From: an uncultured delta proteobacterium
GTDB lineage: Bacteria; Desulfobacterota; Binatia; Binatales; Binataceae
Assembly: GCA_963808235.1 (NCBI GenBank)
Contig: CAWEEQ010000004.1
Location: forward strand, 3,552,001 to 3,616,000
Direction: 5' to 3'
DNA: 64,000 bases
Shown one piece after another: positions 27,933 through 37,982 of the stretch. Both the position numbers and the translations under genes were made by a program. The notes under the pieces are model-generated. The model was not told the origin of the DNA. It ran no database searches and saw only the letters and a program-made list of their open reading frames with translations. The stretch's first letter is position 1, and every line of letters begins with the position of its first letter.

Positions 27933-29155
27933 TCGATTGCGAGGCTCGCGAACGACACCGCGGACTGGCTGTGCGGCTCCATCGCGATTCCGTACTTGAG
28001 CAGCCGCGCGCTGCGTCCGCGCAGCAGCTCGAGCTGCGTGTACATCGGCGCGAGTCCGCAGATTCGCCGCGCGTCGCGATCCTTCATGATGTCGGCGAAG
28101 AAGCCGGCGGGATCGCCGCGTTTGATATTGTTGATCAAGCTCAAGTCTTCGCGCTCGACACGTTCCGCAACCGCGCGATCGGCAGTGAACTCGTCGCCGA
28201 ATTTTTTGCCGACGTGCGCGAAATCCACTCCTGCCAATATCAGCACCCGCCGCCGTTCCGCCGCGAGCTCACCGCGCAGTGCGTCCAGGAACGAGGCGAC
28301 CCGCGGATCGCGCGCCGGTTCGAGCCCGCTCGCAACCATCTCGTGGAACGAGCTGACCAGGATCGGCACGATCTGATAGCCGCGCGCACCCAGCGCATAG
28401 GCCAGGAACAGCGCCTGGAACTCGATCGAATGCTCGCCGCGATGCAATTCTTCGTCGGCAAACAGATCGCCCTGGTAACGCGCCGCGAGCCGGTCGATGA
28501 ATGCCTTGTCGGTCTCGACCGCGCCGAGCGGCGTCGCATAATTCTTACGCGTCGCGGTGAATAGCTCGGGGCCGCCGCCGTAGTGCGACGTGCCAAGGAT
28601 CACAACCAGTTCCGGCGGCTCATGCGACATCAGCTCGTAGTACGCGTGCGCATAGGCGGACGCGCCGCGTCGCGGATCGATATGCGGCGCGATAAGCCCG
28701 GCCAGCGGCTCGGGCCTGGTGGTCGTCGGCGCGCGGCCGGGACCGTCGGGAGGATCGAAAAATCTCGCCAGCTCCAGGCGCAGCTTCGCGGGATCTTTCT
28801 CGTAGCAAAGTCCGGCCAGCGCCGCCGGACGTTCGGGATTCGCGAGAAATTCCTCGCGCACGCGCCTCTCGCGCTCATGAAACGCAGGCGAGTCGAGATA
28901 GTACGCGCGATCGAGCGCCGCGATCAGCTCTTCGAGCTTCTCGATCGGAATCATCTCGCCGAAGCGCTTCGAAAATGCAGCCTGGATTTCTTTGAGCGAC
29001 ATCTCTCCGTCGAACAGTGTGACGATAAAGTACGCGCCCATCCCGAGCATGATCGACTCGGGCGCAAGTCCGCTCGGATCGCGAAGACAGATGAATGTCT
29101 GATCCTTTTCTTCGACCGGAAAAGCCTCGACGGCGCGGATCTTCGGCTTTTCCAT
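27929..29155 (-). CDS. MEMO1 family protein (AmmeMemoRadiSam system protein B) with N-terminal extension
   Basis: GLIAPHID, ILGTSH, YATPLG, HRGEHSIEFQ, DFAHVG, ICG motifs. Confidence 0.88.
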   Translation of the reverse strand: MEKPKIRAVEAFPVEEKDQTFICLRDPSGLAPESIMLGMGAYFIVTLFDGEMSLKEIQAAFSKRFGEMIPIEKLEELIAALDRAYYLDSPAFHERERRVREEFLANPERPAALAGLCYEKDPAKLRLELARFFDPPDGPGRAPTTTRPEPLAGLIAPHIDPRRGASAYAHAYYELMSHEPPELVVILGTSHYGGGPELFTATRKNYATPLGAVETDKAFIDRLAARYQGDLFADEELHRGEHSIEFQALFLAYALGARGYQIVPILVSSFHEMVASGLEPARDPRVASFLDALRGELAAERRRVLILAGVDFAHVGKKFGDEFTADRAVAERVEREDLSLINNIKRGDPAGFFADIMKDRDARRICGLAPMYTQLELLRGRSARLLKYGIAMEPHSQSAVSFASLAID

Positions 29156-29308
29156 CAAACTTCTGAATTACCTGGAGACTCGAATTGGTCCGCGTTCTAG
29201 CGATATACAAATGCGACCAGCGGCATTTACAGATGCTACGAGCTTTGAAAGACTGCGGCAAGTCAGCGCGAAATCGCGCGCGCAATTCCGCCATTCGCTT
29301 CGAACCCA

Positions 29309-29740
29309 ATGCCTCGCCAACATCGTCGCCGCGCCGCGCTGACCGGATCGCGCCCACGATCGAAGTCAGCGCCCGCGCACGCGCGTTACCGGGTCGCAAG
29401 GATCGATTCGCTCGCACCGGGCGAGTCACTCAAGTTCATGCTCCCGATTCGAGGCGCCGACGAGGAATGCTTTCTGATCAACTTCGGCGGCGAGTTCCAC
29501 GCCTACGTCAATCGATGCCGCCATGTGCCGATGGCGATGGACTGGGTGGACAATCAATTCTTCGCCGAGGAAGGACGCTACCTGATGTGCCAGACGCACA
29601 ACGCGTACTACGAGCCGGCGAGCGGCGAGTGTATTGCGGGCCCGCCAACCGCATGCGGCAAATTTCTATATCGCGTGCCTACCGAGATCGAAGACGGCGT
29701 GATTTACGCACGCCCGCCATCGCAGGAATTTGAAGATTGA
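29309..29740 (+). CDS. Rieske 2Fe-2S ferredoxin-like protein
   Basis: YVNRCRH..LMCQTHNAYY..GECIAGP; exact start uncertain. Confidence 0.88.
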   Translation: MPRQHRRRAALTGSRPRSKSAPAHARYRVARIDSLAPGESLKFMLPIRGADEECFLINFGGEFHAYVNRCRHVPMAMDWVDNQFFAEEGRYLMCQTHNAYYEPASGECIAGPPTACGKFLYRVPTEIEDGVIYARPPSQEFED

Positions 29741-29828
29741 AAATTTTTGAAGCGCTTGCGAGTGGAAGAATAGAGCGAGTGCGCGAAGGCGACCGAGCGC
29801 CGGCGACAGCGTCGTCGGCGTCCTGACA

Positions 29829-29851
29829 TGGGTGCAGGGGCTGGCCCCTGC
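29829..29851. repeat. Partial copy of structured repeat family A (GCAGGGG-CTGG-CCCCTGC hairpin)
   Basis: TGGGTGCAGGGGCTGGCCCCTGC matches the middle hairpin of the copies at 47642, 56051, 57141 and 59428. Confidence 0.65.
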
Positions 29852-30102
29852 TATTCGTACTCGTCGCCGAAATGGGCGCGCACGATCCGCGCCTTCAGAT
29901 ACTCGAGCGTGCCGAGGTCCTCGACGATATCGCCGCCGGTGTCGTAGAAGAACAGCTCGCCGTTCTTCGTGCGGCCAACCGCGATGATCCATTCGAGGTC
30001 GTCCCGGTCCTCGAGCAAATAGTTGATTGTCTGCGCGACCCCGCGGCCCGGAATAATGGTAATCTTCGGCCTTGGGAGCTTTTCCTTTTCCTGCTTGGGC
30101 AT
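29851..30102 (-). CDS. Hypothetical protein, 83 aa
   Basis: Natural-looking composition, GAG upstream, directly downstream of rlmD on the same strand. Confidence 0.7.
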   Translation of the reverse strand: MPKQEKEKLPRPKITIIPGRGVAQTINYLLEDRDDLEWIIAVGRTKNGELFFYDTGGDIVEDLGTLEYLKARIVRAHFGDEYE

Positions 30103-30173
30103 CTCTTATTCAACCCTCTGGCGGGAAGGTCCGGGCACCAGTCACTCCATTTAGATTAAGAATGCGCCGCGAA

Positions 30174-31424
30174 CTAAGTCAATAGCGCAAGCGCCGCGAT
30201 CTCCACGTGATGCGTATTCGGAAAAAAATCAAACCCGCGCACCCGCTCAAGTTTGTATCCGCCGGCCGCGAGCATCGCAAGGTCACGCGCAAGCGTAGTC
30301 ACGTCGCACGACACGTAAATCACTCTCGGTGCACGAAGCTTGATGATCGGTTCCATCAAATCGGAGGCGCCGGTTCGCGGCGGATCGAGGATTACGACTT
30401 CGGGCCGGTAGCGCGCTCGATGCAAAAAATCGGCCGTCGCCGACGCTTTCATCGCGACGAACTGCGCATCGCGAAACTTGAATCGCGCGGCATTGCGCAC
30501 CGCCGCCGCGATCGAGTCCGCGTCCGCATCGACGCCCGTCACCCGCGCACCGCGCCGCGCCGCCGGCAGACTGAAGTTTCCCGCACCGCAGTATAAGTCG
30601 AGCACCGGCGCCGATTCGTCGATCGACGCCATCTCCATCACGCTCGCTACCAGCCGATTGTTCTGCGCGCGATTTACCTGGCTGAAAAGATCGGCATCCA
30701 CTTCGATCGAAAGTCCGGGCTCGAGCTCCACGGCAATCGCGGTCTCGCCGATAGTCTCGCGCCGGGTTCCCGATCGCATCACGATTCCCGCGATCTCGGG
30801 GTCGGATTCGAGCACGTTCCGCGCGCGTCTGAGATCTTCTTCGGACGCCGGCTTCTTCAGATATGCAACCTGGACTTCGCGCGCGCCGTCGCGCACCACT
30901 TCGATCTCTTCGACTCGCTTGCCGAGCGATCGCGCCAGGTGAAGCGGCATCCTGATCCCGGATTCCGCGACCATGCACGAATCGATCTCTACGATCGCGT
31001 TGGTGCCGAACTCATGAAATCCAAGCGTCCCATGCGCGCCGACTTTGAGCCGGATTCGCGATCGGTAACCGAACTCCGCCGATGCCGGCTCGACTAACTC
31101 TGACGGATCGATAGCACTCCCAAGCGCGTGGCCGAGCTCGCGCGCAATCACCTCCCCCTTGAAACGCACCTGCGCCGCGTAATCGATATGCTGCCAGTCG
31201 CATCCGCCGCATCGCGGCAGATACGGGCATGGCGCGACGCGGCGGTCGGCGCTCGGGTGGATAATTTCGCGGATCTTTGCGACCGAGTAGTCGCGGCGCT
31301 CCGATACTGTCGCCACCTCTAGCCGATCGCCGACCACCGCATGCGCGACCATCACCGCTTTTCCGTCGCGACGCCCAACGCCGAATGGCCCGAACGTCAT
31401 CGCGCTGATTTCGACTTCCGCCAT
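30174..31424 (-). CDS. rlmD: 23S rRNA (uracil-5)-methyltransferase RlmD/RumA
   Basis: TRAM domain; CPYLPRCGGCDWQH Fe-S motif; FSQVN; LDLYCGAGNF; LDPPRTG; IYVSCD; DFFPNTHHVE. Confidence 0.92.
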   Translation of the reverse strand: MAEVEISAMTFGPFGVGRRDGKAVMVAHAVVGDRLEVATVSERRDYSVAKIREIIHPSADRRVAPCPYLPRCGGCDWQHIDYAAQVRFKGEVIARELGHALGSAIDPSELVEPASAEFGYRSRIRLKVGAHGTLGFHEFGTNAIVEIDSCMVAESGIRMPLHLARSLGKRVEEIEVVRDGAREVQVAYLKKPASEEDLRRARNVLESDPEIAGIVMRSGTRRETIGETAIAVELEPGLSIEVDADLFSQVNRAQNNRLVASVMEMASIDESAPVLDLYCGAGNFSLPAARRGARVTGVDADADSIAAAVRNAARFKFRDAQFVAMKASATADFLHRARYRPEVVILDPPRTGASDLMEPIIKLRAPRVIYVSCDVTTLARDLAMLAAGGYKLERVRGFDFFPNTHHVEIAALALLT

Positions 31425-31566
31425 TGCTGTGGCCCGAGTGTATTTGTCCGCCCGCGCCGACTCCACGCGCTGGTAGCCCGCCTCCGCCGCCGCGACTTAT
31501 AATGACCCGCACGGGCGCGTCCTTTTCTCTTCCGGTCTAATCCTGCGCGCCCCTGCGAGTACCCCA

Positions 31567-34500
31567 TTGCCGATCGAAACAGAACTTCGCGAACTAATCG
31601 ACAGGAATCTACCGACCGATTCTGCCGGCCGCGTCGCCGCATTTGCCGAACGCCTGTTCGCACGCGAGTCGCCCGACAATCTTAAGCGCATCCCGCCCGA
31701 TCGCCGCCTCGCGATGGTTCAGTCCGCGTTCGAGTTTTTTTCCATCCGCACTGAACCCGTCATCGCGCGAGTCGTGCCCGCCACCGGCGACGACGCTCTG
31801 ACCATCGTCGAGACGGTGACCACAGACGGCCCGTTCATCGTCGATAGCCTGTTCGAATATTTTCATCATCGCGGCGCGACCGTGCGCACCATGCTTCATC
31901 CGGTCATCAAGGTTTCTCGGGACAACGACGGCCGCATCGTCTCGTTCGAACAGTCGCTTTCCACTGAGCGCGGCGAGTCATTCGTCCACACGGAGCTCGA
32001 ACTCGCACCGTCGCCCGACCAGGCGCGGCAAATCAAGCGCGACCTTGTCTCGATTCTGACCGAAGTCGGCGAGGCGACCGGTGATTTCAGCAGCATGACC
32101 GCACGCGCGCTGCAGATCTGCGAGGAAACCGCGACCAATCGCGAGCTGGTCGAAGTGCGCGACCTTCTGCGCTGGCTCATTCACGGCGGCTTCGTCTTTC
32201 TCGGCTATCGTCGTTACCTGGTGGGCGATCGTGACGGCCAGATGAAGTTGGATCTCGATGCGGGCAGCGAACTCGGCATCATGCGCGAGTATGACGAGTC
32301 GCGGTTTCGCAGCCACGTCGCGCTCGACGAGCTCTCGCCCGCCCGCCGCAAGCTTTTCTTCGAGGGTCCGCCGCTCGTAATCGGGAAGACTCGCGCCGAG
32401 TCGCATGTGCATCGCCGGCGCCCGATGGACAGTGTCTCGATTCGCCGCACTGAATCCTCGGGGCGGATCGTCGCCTTCGACAATTTCATCGGCCTGTTTA
32501 CTTCCAAAGCCTACGCCGAAGAGGCGCAACACATTCCGGTTCTGCGCGCGAAGCTGCGTGAAGTGCTCGCCGCGGAGGGCGCCGCCGCCGGCTCGCACGA
32601 CTACAAGGAAATCGTCTCCGCGTTCAACAGTTTCCCCAAGGACGAATTGTTTCGCGCCACGCTGCCCGAGCTGCGCGCGCAGCTCCGCCTGATGCTCGAC
32701 GTGAAGAGCGAGGCATCGGTGCGGCTCGCCGTCACCCCCGATATGCGCCACGGCAACGTGATCGCGCTGGTAATGATGCCGCGCGAGGCGTTCTCCGCCG
32801 AAGTGCGCCACCGCATCCAGGACACTCTCGCCGCGGGTCTGCACGGCACGCTCGTCTACTACTATCTCGCGCTCGGCGAGGGCTATTCCGCGCACCTCCA
32901 TTTCTGTTTCTTCGCCGAACCGCCTAAAGCGTCGGTGGTCCGCGAACTCGAAGCGTCGATCGTCGAGATCGCCCGGCGCTGGGAAGATCGTTTGCACGAG
33001 AAGTTGATCGATAAATTCGGAGCCAAACGCGGGCGTGCGCTCGCACAAAAATGGGCCGGCGCATTCAGCGCTGAGTACCAGGCCGCAATCGACGTGACTC
33101 GCGCGGTCGGCGATATCGAGGACGTCGAAGCGCTCATCTCGAGCGGCCCCGACTTTATCGTCGAGGCCGGGAACACCCAGCCCGCAGGCGCAAGCCAGAC
33201 AAGCAGCGCAAGCCAGATAAGAATGATCGGCCTCGGCGACGCTCCGATGCTCTCTGACCTGATACCGACCCTCCAGAACTTCGGCGTCAGCGTGCTCGCC
33301 GAAGCCGCGCACGAACTCCGGCCCGGCGGCACCGGTAACCCGCTTCGCGCATATCTGCAGGCTTTCTCCGTGCAGGGTCCGTTCATGCAGCCGTTCGAGA
33401 AGTTTCCCGGCGCGGGACTGCTCGCCGACGCGATTGTTGCGGTGCGAAGCGGCCTCGCCGCCGACGACTCGCTGAATGCGCTCACTCTTTCCGCCGGCCT
33501 CGCATGGCGCGAGGTCGCGCTCCTTCGATGCTACCTGGTCGTCGCTTTCCAGATGCGTCTGGCGCCCGCGCGCCTTGCCCTGCAGCGCGTTCTGCTGATT
33601 TATCCCGAGTTCGCGCGGCTGCTATTCGATCTCTTCACCGCGCGCCTCTCATTCGACAGCCCCGCTTCTCCCGAAAAGATTGCCGAGCTCCACGACGCCT
33701 GCATCGCGCGTCTAGCTGCGATCGATAACATCGTCGACGATCGAACCGCGCGCGCTTTGCTTTCGATTGTCGAGGCTACCGTGCGCACCAATTTTTTCTG
33801 CGCGGTGCCCGCTCCCGATCCGTACATCGCGCTCAAGTTCGAAAGCGCGCGCATCGCGGGCCTTCGCGATACCGCGCCGCTCTACGAAATCCACGTGAAC
33901 AGCCCGCGGATGGAAGGATGCCACCTGCGCCACGGCAAAATCGCGCGCGGCGGTATTCGTTTCAGCGATCGCCCGGACGACTACCGCACCGAGATTCTGG
34001 ATCTGATGAAAACCCAGACCGTGAAGAACGCGGTCATCGTTCCATTCGGTTCCAAGGGCGGATTCATCGTCAAGCCGCGTCCCGGCCGGCCGCCCGAACC
34101 GAAAGACGGCGTTGATGCATACAAGACGCTGATCAATGCGATGCTCGATCTGACCGACAATCTTACCGAGGCCGGCGTTGTTCATCCCGAGCGAGTCCGG
34201 GTGCTCGATAACGACGGCGCGTATCTCGTGGTCGCCGCCGACAAGGGCACCGCGAGCTTTTCCGATCTCGCAAATCAGATCGCGCTCGAGCGCCACTTCT
34301 GGCTTGGCGACGCGTTCGCGTCGGGCGGCGAGCATGGCTACGACCACAAGAAGATGGCGATCACGGCGCGCGGCGCATGGGAATCCGCGCGCCGCCATCT
34401 GCGCGAGATGGGCCGCGATCCCGACCATGGCGCTCCCATTACGATGTTCGGAATCGGCGACATGTCGGGCGACGTGTTCGGCAACGGTCTGCTCCGTTCG

Positions 34501-36345
34501 CGCAACCTGAAATTAATCGCCGCGTTCGACCATCGCCATATCTTCATCGACCCGAATCCGGATCCCGAAACCAGCTTCAATGAGCGCAAACGGCTCTATG
34601 AGCTGCCGAGCTCGACTTGGGCAAACTACAACCCCGCGCTGATCAGCGCAGGCGGCGGCGTTTTCCCGCGCGGTCAGAAGCGAATCGAGTTGAGTGCCGC
34701 GGCGCGCGCCGCGCTCGGATGCGACTTCGACGCCGCCGACGGCGAGTCGATTGTCCAGGCGATTCTGCGCGCGCCGGTCGATCTCTTCTACAACGGCGGC
34801 ATCGGCACCTACGTCCGCGCAAGCACGGAGACCGACGCCAACGTCGGCGATCACGCCAATGACGCATGCCGGATTACGGCGGCGGAACTCCGCGCCAAGG
34901 TCGTCGTCGAGGGCGGCAATCTCGGCTTCACCCAGCACGCGCGCATCGAGTACGCACTCGCCGGCGGCAGGATCAACACCGACGCGATCGACAATTCGGC
35001 CGGCGTCGATATGTCCGATCATGAAGTCAATCTCAAAATTCTGCTCGAGCCCGTCGTCGCTCGCGGCGAGCTTAGCTTCGAAGCTCGCAACCACGCGCTC
35101 GCCCAATGCGCCAGCGAAGTCGCCGACACCGTCATCGCCGACAATCGCGATCAAGTGCTCTCGCTGAGCCTCGAACAGCTCCGCAGCCGCGCCCACGTGC
35201 TCGATTTTCGCGATCATCTGCAAGCCATCACCGAGCGCGGCTTCGTGCCGCCAGGCGAAAGCGTGCTGCCCACGCGCGAACTTCTTCGCGACCGCCGCGC
35301 ACGTTTCGCCGGGCTCACTCGCCCCGAGCTGGCGCTCGTCAGCGCCTACACCAAGATCGATCTGATCGAACGGCTGGAAGCTTCTACGCTGGTCGAGGAC
35401 ACCTATCTCGTTGGCCGCTTTCTGCGTCCCTATTTTCCAAAACTGATGGCCGAGCGCTTCGGCGCGGACATCGGTGCTCATCGATTGCGCCACGAGTTGA
35501 TTGCGACGCGCGCCGTCAACGAGCTTGTCGATCTCGCGGGTTCGACATTCGTCTTCAACTTTCTGCGCGATCGCGGCGTCGCCGCCGAAGATGCCGTCCG
35601 CGCCTGGGTGATCGCAACCGATGTTCTCTCGATTCACGAGCGCGCCGCCGACTTGAAGCGCAACAGTTCGAATATCGCCGCGGATCTGGAGCTCGGCGCG
35701 TTCCTCGCTCTCGAACGCGCATGCCGCAGCGCTGCCCGGTGGGCGCTCGCCGAATTGGAGCCCGCCACTTCGATCGGCGCCGCGGTGACTCGTTTCAAGC
35801 CGGCTTTCGAAGTGCTGTGCGAGGAGTTCGAATCGATGCTCGCGGCGTCGGAGCGCGACCGGCTCGAGCGCGTCTATCGCGATCTGCGCGCCAACGTCGC
35901 CGACGGCGAGCTCGCGCATGGACTCGCGCGCCTCGGTTTCGCCGATAACCTGTTGAGCGTTCTCAGTTTGAGTTTTTCGCGCGAAGCCGAACCCGCCAAA
36001 ACCGCCGAAGCTTACTTCGGACTTGGCGCGCATCTCAACTTTGCGTTTCTTGAAGAGGCGCTGAGTTCGATCGGCGCCGGCGAAGATCGATGGGAGCGCC
36101 GCGCCGCAAGCGAGCTCGCCGCTGAGCTTCGCGCCGCGCGCCTCGCCCTATGCTGCGCCGTCCTGGACGGCGCCGCCGAGACGCATTCCGATGTCACCGT
36201 TTCGATCGAGCATTTGAAGCACAGCCGCGAGAGTCGCTTCGTCGACGTCGCTCGACTCTTTGCCGAGCTCAAGACCGTTCAGCCACCGAGCCTGCCCGCC
36301 ATTCAAGTCACGATTCGCGCCCTCTCCCGCCTCGCCTCCCCGTAA
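31567..36345 (+). CDS. gdhB: Large NAD-specific glutamate dehydrogenase
   Basis: 1592 aa; EGCHLRHGKIARGGIRFSDR, VKNAVIVPFGSKGGF, YLVVAADKGTASFSD, GIGDMSGDVFGNG, NTDAIDNSAGVDMSDHEVNLKI. Confidence 0.96.
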   Translation: MPIETELRELIDRNLPTDSAGRVAAFAERLFARESPDNLKRIPPDRRLAMVQSAFEFFSIRTEPVIARVVPATGDDALTIVETVTTDGPFIVDSLFEYFHHRGATVRTMLHPVIKVSRDNDGRIVSFEQSLSTERGESFVHTELELAPSPDQARQIKRDLVSILTEVGEATGDFSSMTARALQICEETATNRELVEVRDLLRWLIHGGFVFLGYRRYLVGDRDGQMKLDLDAGSELGIMREYDESRFRSHVALDELSPARRKLFFEGPPLVIGKTRAESHVHRRRPMDSVSIRRTESSGRIVAFDNFIGLFTSKAYAEEAQHIPVLRAKLREVLAAEGAAAGSHDYKEIVSAFNSFPKDELFRATLPELRAQLRLMLDVKSEASVRLAVTPDMRHGNVIALVMMPREAFSAEVRHRIQDTLAAGLHGTLVYYYLALGEGYSAHLHFCFFAEPPKASVVRELEASIVEIARRWEDRLHEKLIDKFGAKRGRALAQKWAGAFSAEYQAAIDVTRAVGDIEDVEALISSGPDFIVEAGNTQPAGASQTSSASQIRMIGLGDAPMLSDLIPTLQNFGVSVLAEAAHELRPGGTGNPLRAYLQAFSVQGPFMQPFEKFPGAGLLADAIVAVRSGLAADDSLNALTLSAGLAWREVALLRCYLVVAFQMRLAPARLALQRVLLIYPEFARLLFDLFTARLSFDSPASPEKIAELHDACIARLAAIDNIVDDRTARALLSIVEATVRTNFFCAVPAPDPYIALKFESARIAGLRDTAPLYEIHVNSPRMEGCHLRHGKIARGGIRFSDRPDDYRTEILDLMKTQTVKNAVIVPFGSKGGFIVKPRPGRPPEPKDGVDAYKTLINAMLDLTDNLTEAGVVHPERVRVLDNDGAYLVVAADKGTASFSDLANQIALERHFWLGDAFASGGEHGYDHKKMAITARGAWESARRHLREMGRDPDHGAPITMFGIGDMSGDVFGNGLLRSRNLKLIAAFDHRHIFIDPNPDPETSFNERKRLYELPSSTWANYNPALISAGGGVFPRGQKRIELSAAARAALGCDFDAADGESIVQAILRAPVDLFYNGGIGTYVRASTETDANVGDHANDACRITAAELRAKVVVEGGNLGFTQHARIEYALAGGRINTDAIDNSAGVDMSDHEVNLKILLEPVVARGELSFEARNHALAQCASEVADTVIADNRDQVLSLSLEQLRSRAHVLDFRDHLQAITERGFVPPGESVLPTRELLRDRRARFAGLTRPELALVSAYTKIDLIERLEASTLVEDTYLVGRFLRPYFPKLMAERFGADIGAHRLRHELIATRAVNELVDLAGSTFVFNFLRDRGVAAEDAVRAWVIATDVLSIHERAADLKRNSSNIAADLELGAFLALERACRSAARWALAELEPATSIGAAVTRFKPAFEVLCEEFESMLAASERDRLERVYRDLRANVADGELAHGLARLGFADNLLSVLSLSFSREAEPAKTAEAYFGLGAHLNFAFLEEALSSIGAGEDRWERRAASELAAELRAARLALCCAVLDGAAETHSDVTVSIEHLKHSRESRFVDVARLFAELKTVQPPSLPAIQVTIRALSRLASP

Positions 36346-36427
36346 ATAGCATTGCCTCTCCCTCACAGGAGAGCTTTGCACAACAGTGCGTTAGGGCTCG
36401 AGCTATGCGCTGGCGCGGTCTTTTTTT

Positions 36428-36540
36428 GTGTCATTCCGAGCGAAGCCGAGGAACCCCGGATCTTTCTCCGCGCAAAACACTTCGACTCCGCTGAGGGCAC
36501 GCGGAGCTGAGCTACTCCGAATTCAACATGCGGTTACGCG
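36428..36540 (+). repeat. Repeat family C, about 110 bp (copy 1)
   Basis: GTGTCATTCCGAGCGAAGCCGAGGAACCCCGGATCTTTCTC...CTGAGGGCACGCGGAGC...CTCCGAATTCAA; inverted copy at 59575-59686. Confidence 0.8.
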
Positions 36541-36618
36541 CAGCTCTCCTCACAGGGAAGGCCGACGCGAAGCGGCGGGTGAGGGTCCAAATTCAGATTC
36601 TTCTTCTCGGAGTCCCGC

Positions 36619-37614
36619 TCACAGAGCGGCTTCAGAGAGCCGCGCGGTCGGCTGCATCGCGGCCGCCGCGTTCGCCTCGGTACGCTCCGCCACCTGCCAT
36701 CCCGTCAAGTCCTGGTAGAGCCGGAGTCCTGCCGCGACCAGGAATACGAGGGTCGCAAAATTCACGCTGAGCTCCGCGAGATCGACCAGGAAGAATGTAG
36801 TCCCAAGAAATCCCGTCACCACTCCCACCGGCCCGAACAGCAGGCTCACTACCACGAAGGTACCCGCCGCCCACGAGTTGAATCCCGACCATACCGCGAG
36901 GAATACCACGATCCGCGTCGCGACTTTGAAGAACCGCTTCCGCATCAGATCGCGGCTGAACAGCAGCGCATGCCAGCTATGCTTCCCGCCAAAGATCAAC
37001 GCGAACTGCGCGAAGTACAGCCACACGTAAATCAACGCGCCGACGATGATCATCATCACCAGCACGATGTACATCAACACGCCCATCGAACTAGCCAAGT
37101 AAGACACCGCGCCCTGGAATAGGATCAGTCCGAACGCCGGCGCCAGCAATTGCAGAAAAGTCACCCAGATAAATGCCGGCGCGATCTGAATCGATCGCCG
37201 ATAAACCTCGATTGCCTCCCCGACTACTCCCGGTTTGCGCGTGCCCGTTTGGATTCTGTTGAGTGAGCACAGCGTGACCAGCGTCACCAGCAGCGTCAGC
37301 AGGCCGACTATCCAATGCAGCCCGGTTGTGATCCACGGCGAAAACGGCTGCGGCTCCGCGCGCTTGTCCGGCACCATCGGAGTCTGCGCCGGTTGCACAT
37401 AGCTGATATTTTGCGCGCTCGGCTCGAACGTCGCCGCCAGCCGGGATTGCAGATTCAGCGCGTCCGGCAGCAGGCACAACGACGCCGCCAACACCATCGG
37501 CGCCAGCACCACCGCCAGCACCGACCAGTTCCCGCGCAAGTCGTTCACCGCATTTGCGAGATAGATGAAACTGCTTTTGAGACGAACCGGCCCCACGACG
37601 TACGAGGTTTGCAT
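36619..37614 (-). CDS. Hypothetical integral membrane protein
   Basis: About six hydrophobic helices; high-GC3 codon usage. Confidence 0.8.
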   Translation of the reverse strand: MQTSYVVGPVRLKSSFIYLANAVNDLRGNWSVLAVVLAPMVLAASLCLLPDALNLQSRLAATFEPSAQNISYVQPAQTPMVPDKRAEPQPFSPWITTGLHWIVGLLTLLVTLVTLCSLNRIQTGTRKPGVVGEAIEVYRRSIQIAPAFIWVTFLQLLAPAFGLILFQGAVSYLASSMGVLMYIVLVMMIIVGALIYVWLYFAQFALIFGGKHSWHALLFSRDLMRKRFFKVATRIVVFLAVWSGFNSWAAGTFVVVSLLFGPVGVVTGFLGTTFFLVDLAELSVNFATLVFLVAAGLRLYQDLTGWQVAERTEANAAAAMQPTARLSEAAL

Positions 37615-37669
37615 CCCACGCCCGCCGAGACAAGTCCGCGCGTCTCCCCATTACCTCCTGCCCCGCCGA

Positions 37670-37678
37670 TGATATAAT
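37670..37678 (+). promoter_or_regulatory. Extended -10 promoter element
   Basis: TGATATAAT 35 bp upstream of the 37714 ORF. Confidence 0.5.
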
Positions 37679-37713
37679 CAGGTTCCGCATTCGCCCTTTA
37701 CGGAGTATTCATC

Positions 37714-37965
37714 ATGGCCGACGACGATCGCGCATTGAAAATCGAGCATGAGAACAAGCTGATACGCCGGCTCCGCTTCCTCGTCGAACTCACCTTCGCG
37801 ACTATCGCGCAGGATAACGACCTCACTCTCGATCAGGCCTGGGAACACGTGCTCGCACTCAAGGGTGCCGCGGTCGCAATGTTTCCCGGCAAGGAAGACA
37901 CCTTCGATCTCCTCTACCTGCCGCGCTTCTCGCGTCTGCTCGCAGAGCGCTTCGGCGCGAACTGA
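37714..37965 (+). CDS. Small hypothetical protein, 83 aa
   Basis: GGAG RBS; helical protein with FPGKEDTFDLLYLPRFSR; first gene before nagA. Confidence 0.8.
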   Translation: MADDDRALKIEHENKLIRRLRFLVELTFATIAQDNDLTLDQAWEHVLALKGAAVAMFPGKEDTFDLLYLPRFSRLLAERFGAN

Positions 37966-37982
37966 TCGGCGCCGCAATCTGG

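Noticed and set aside
33189-33221. GCAAGCCAGA(C/T)AAG duplication inside gdhB
   Set aside because: In-frame 18-bp duplication in a probable surface linker (ASQTSSASQI), with no evident significance.
34513-36033. Long antisense ORFs (506 aa here; also 31978-33312, 5940-7124, 49751-50857, 62259-63335)
   Set aside because: They mirror well-supported genes on the other strand, which is expected in high-GC DNA, and show no recognisable motifs.
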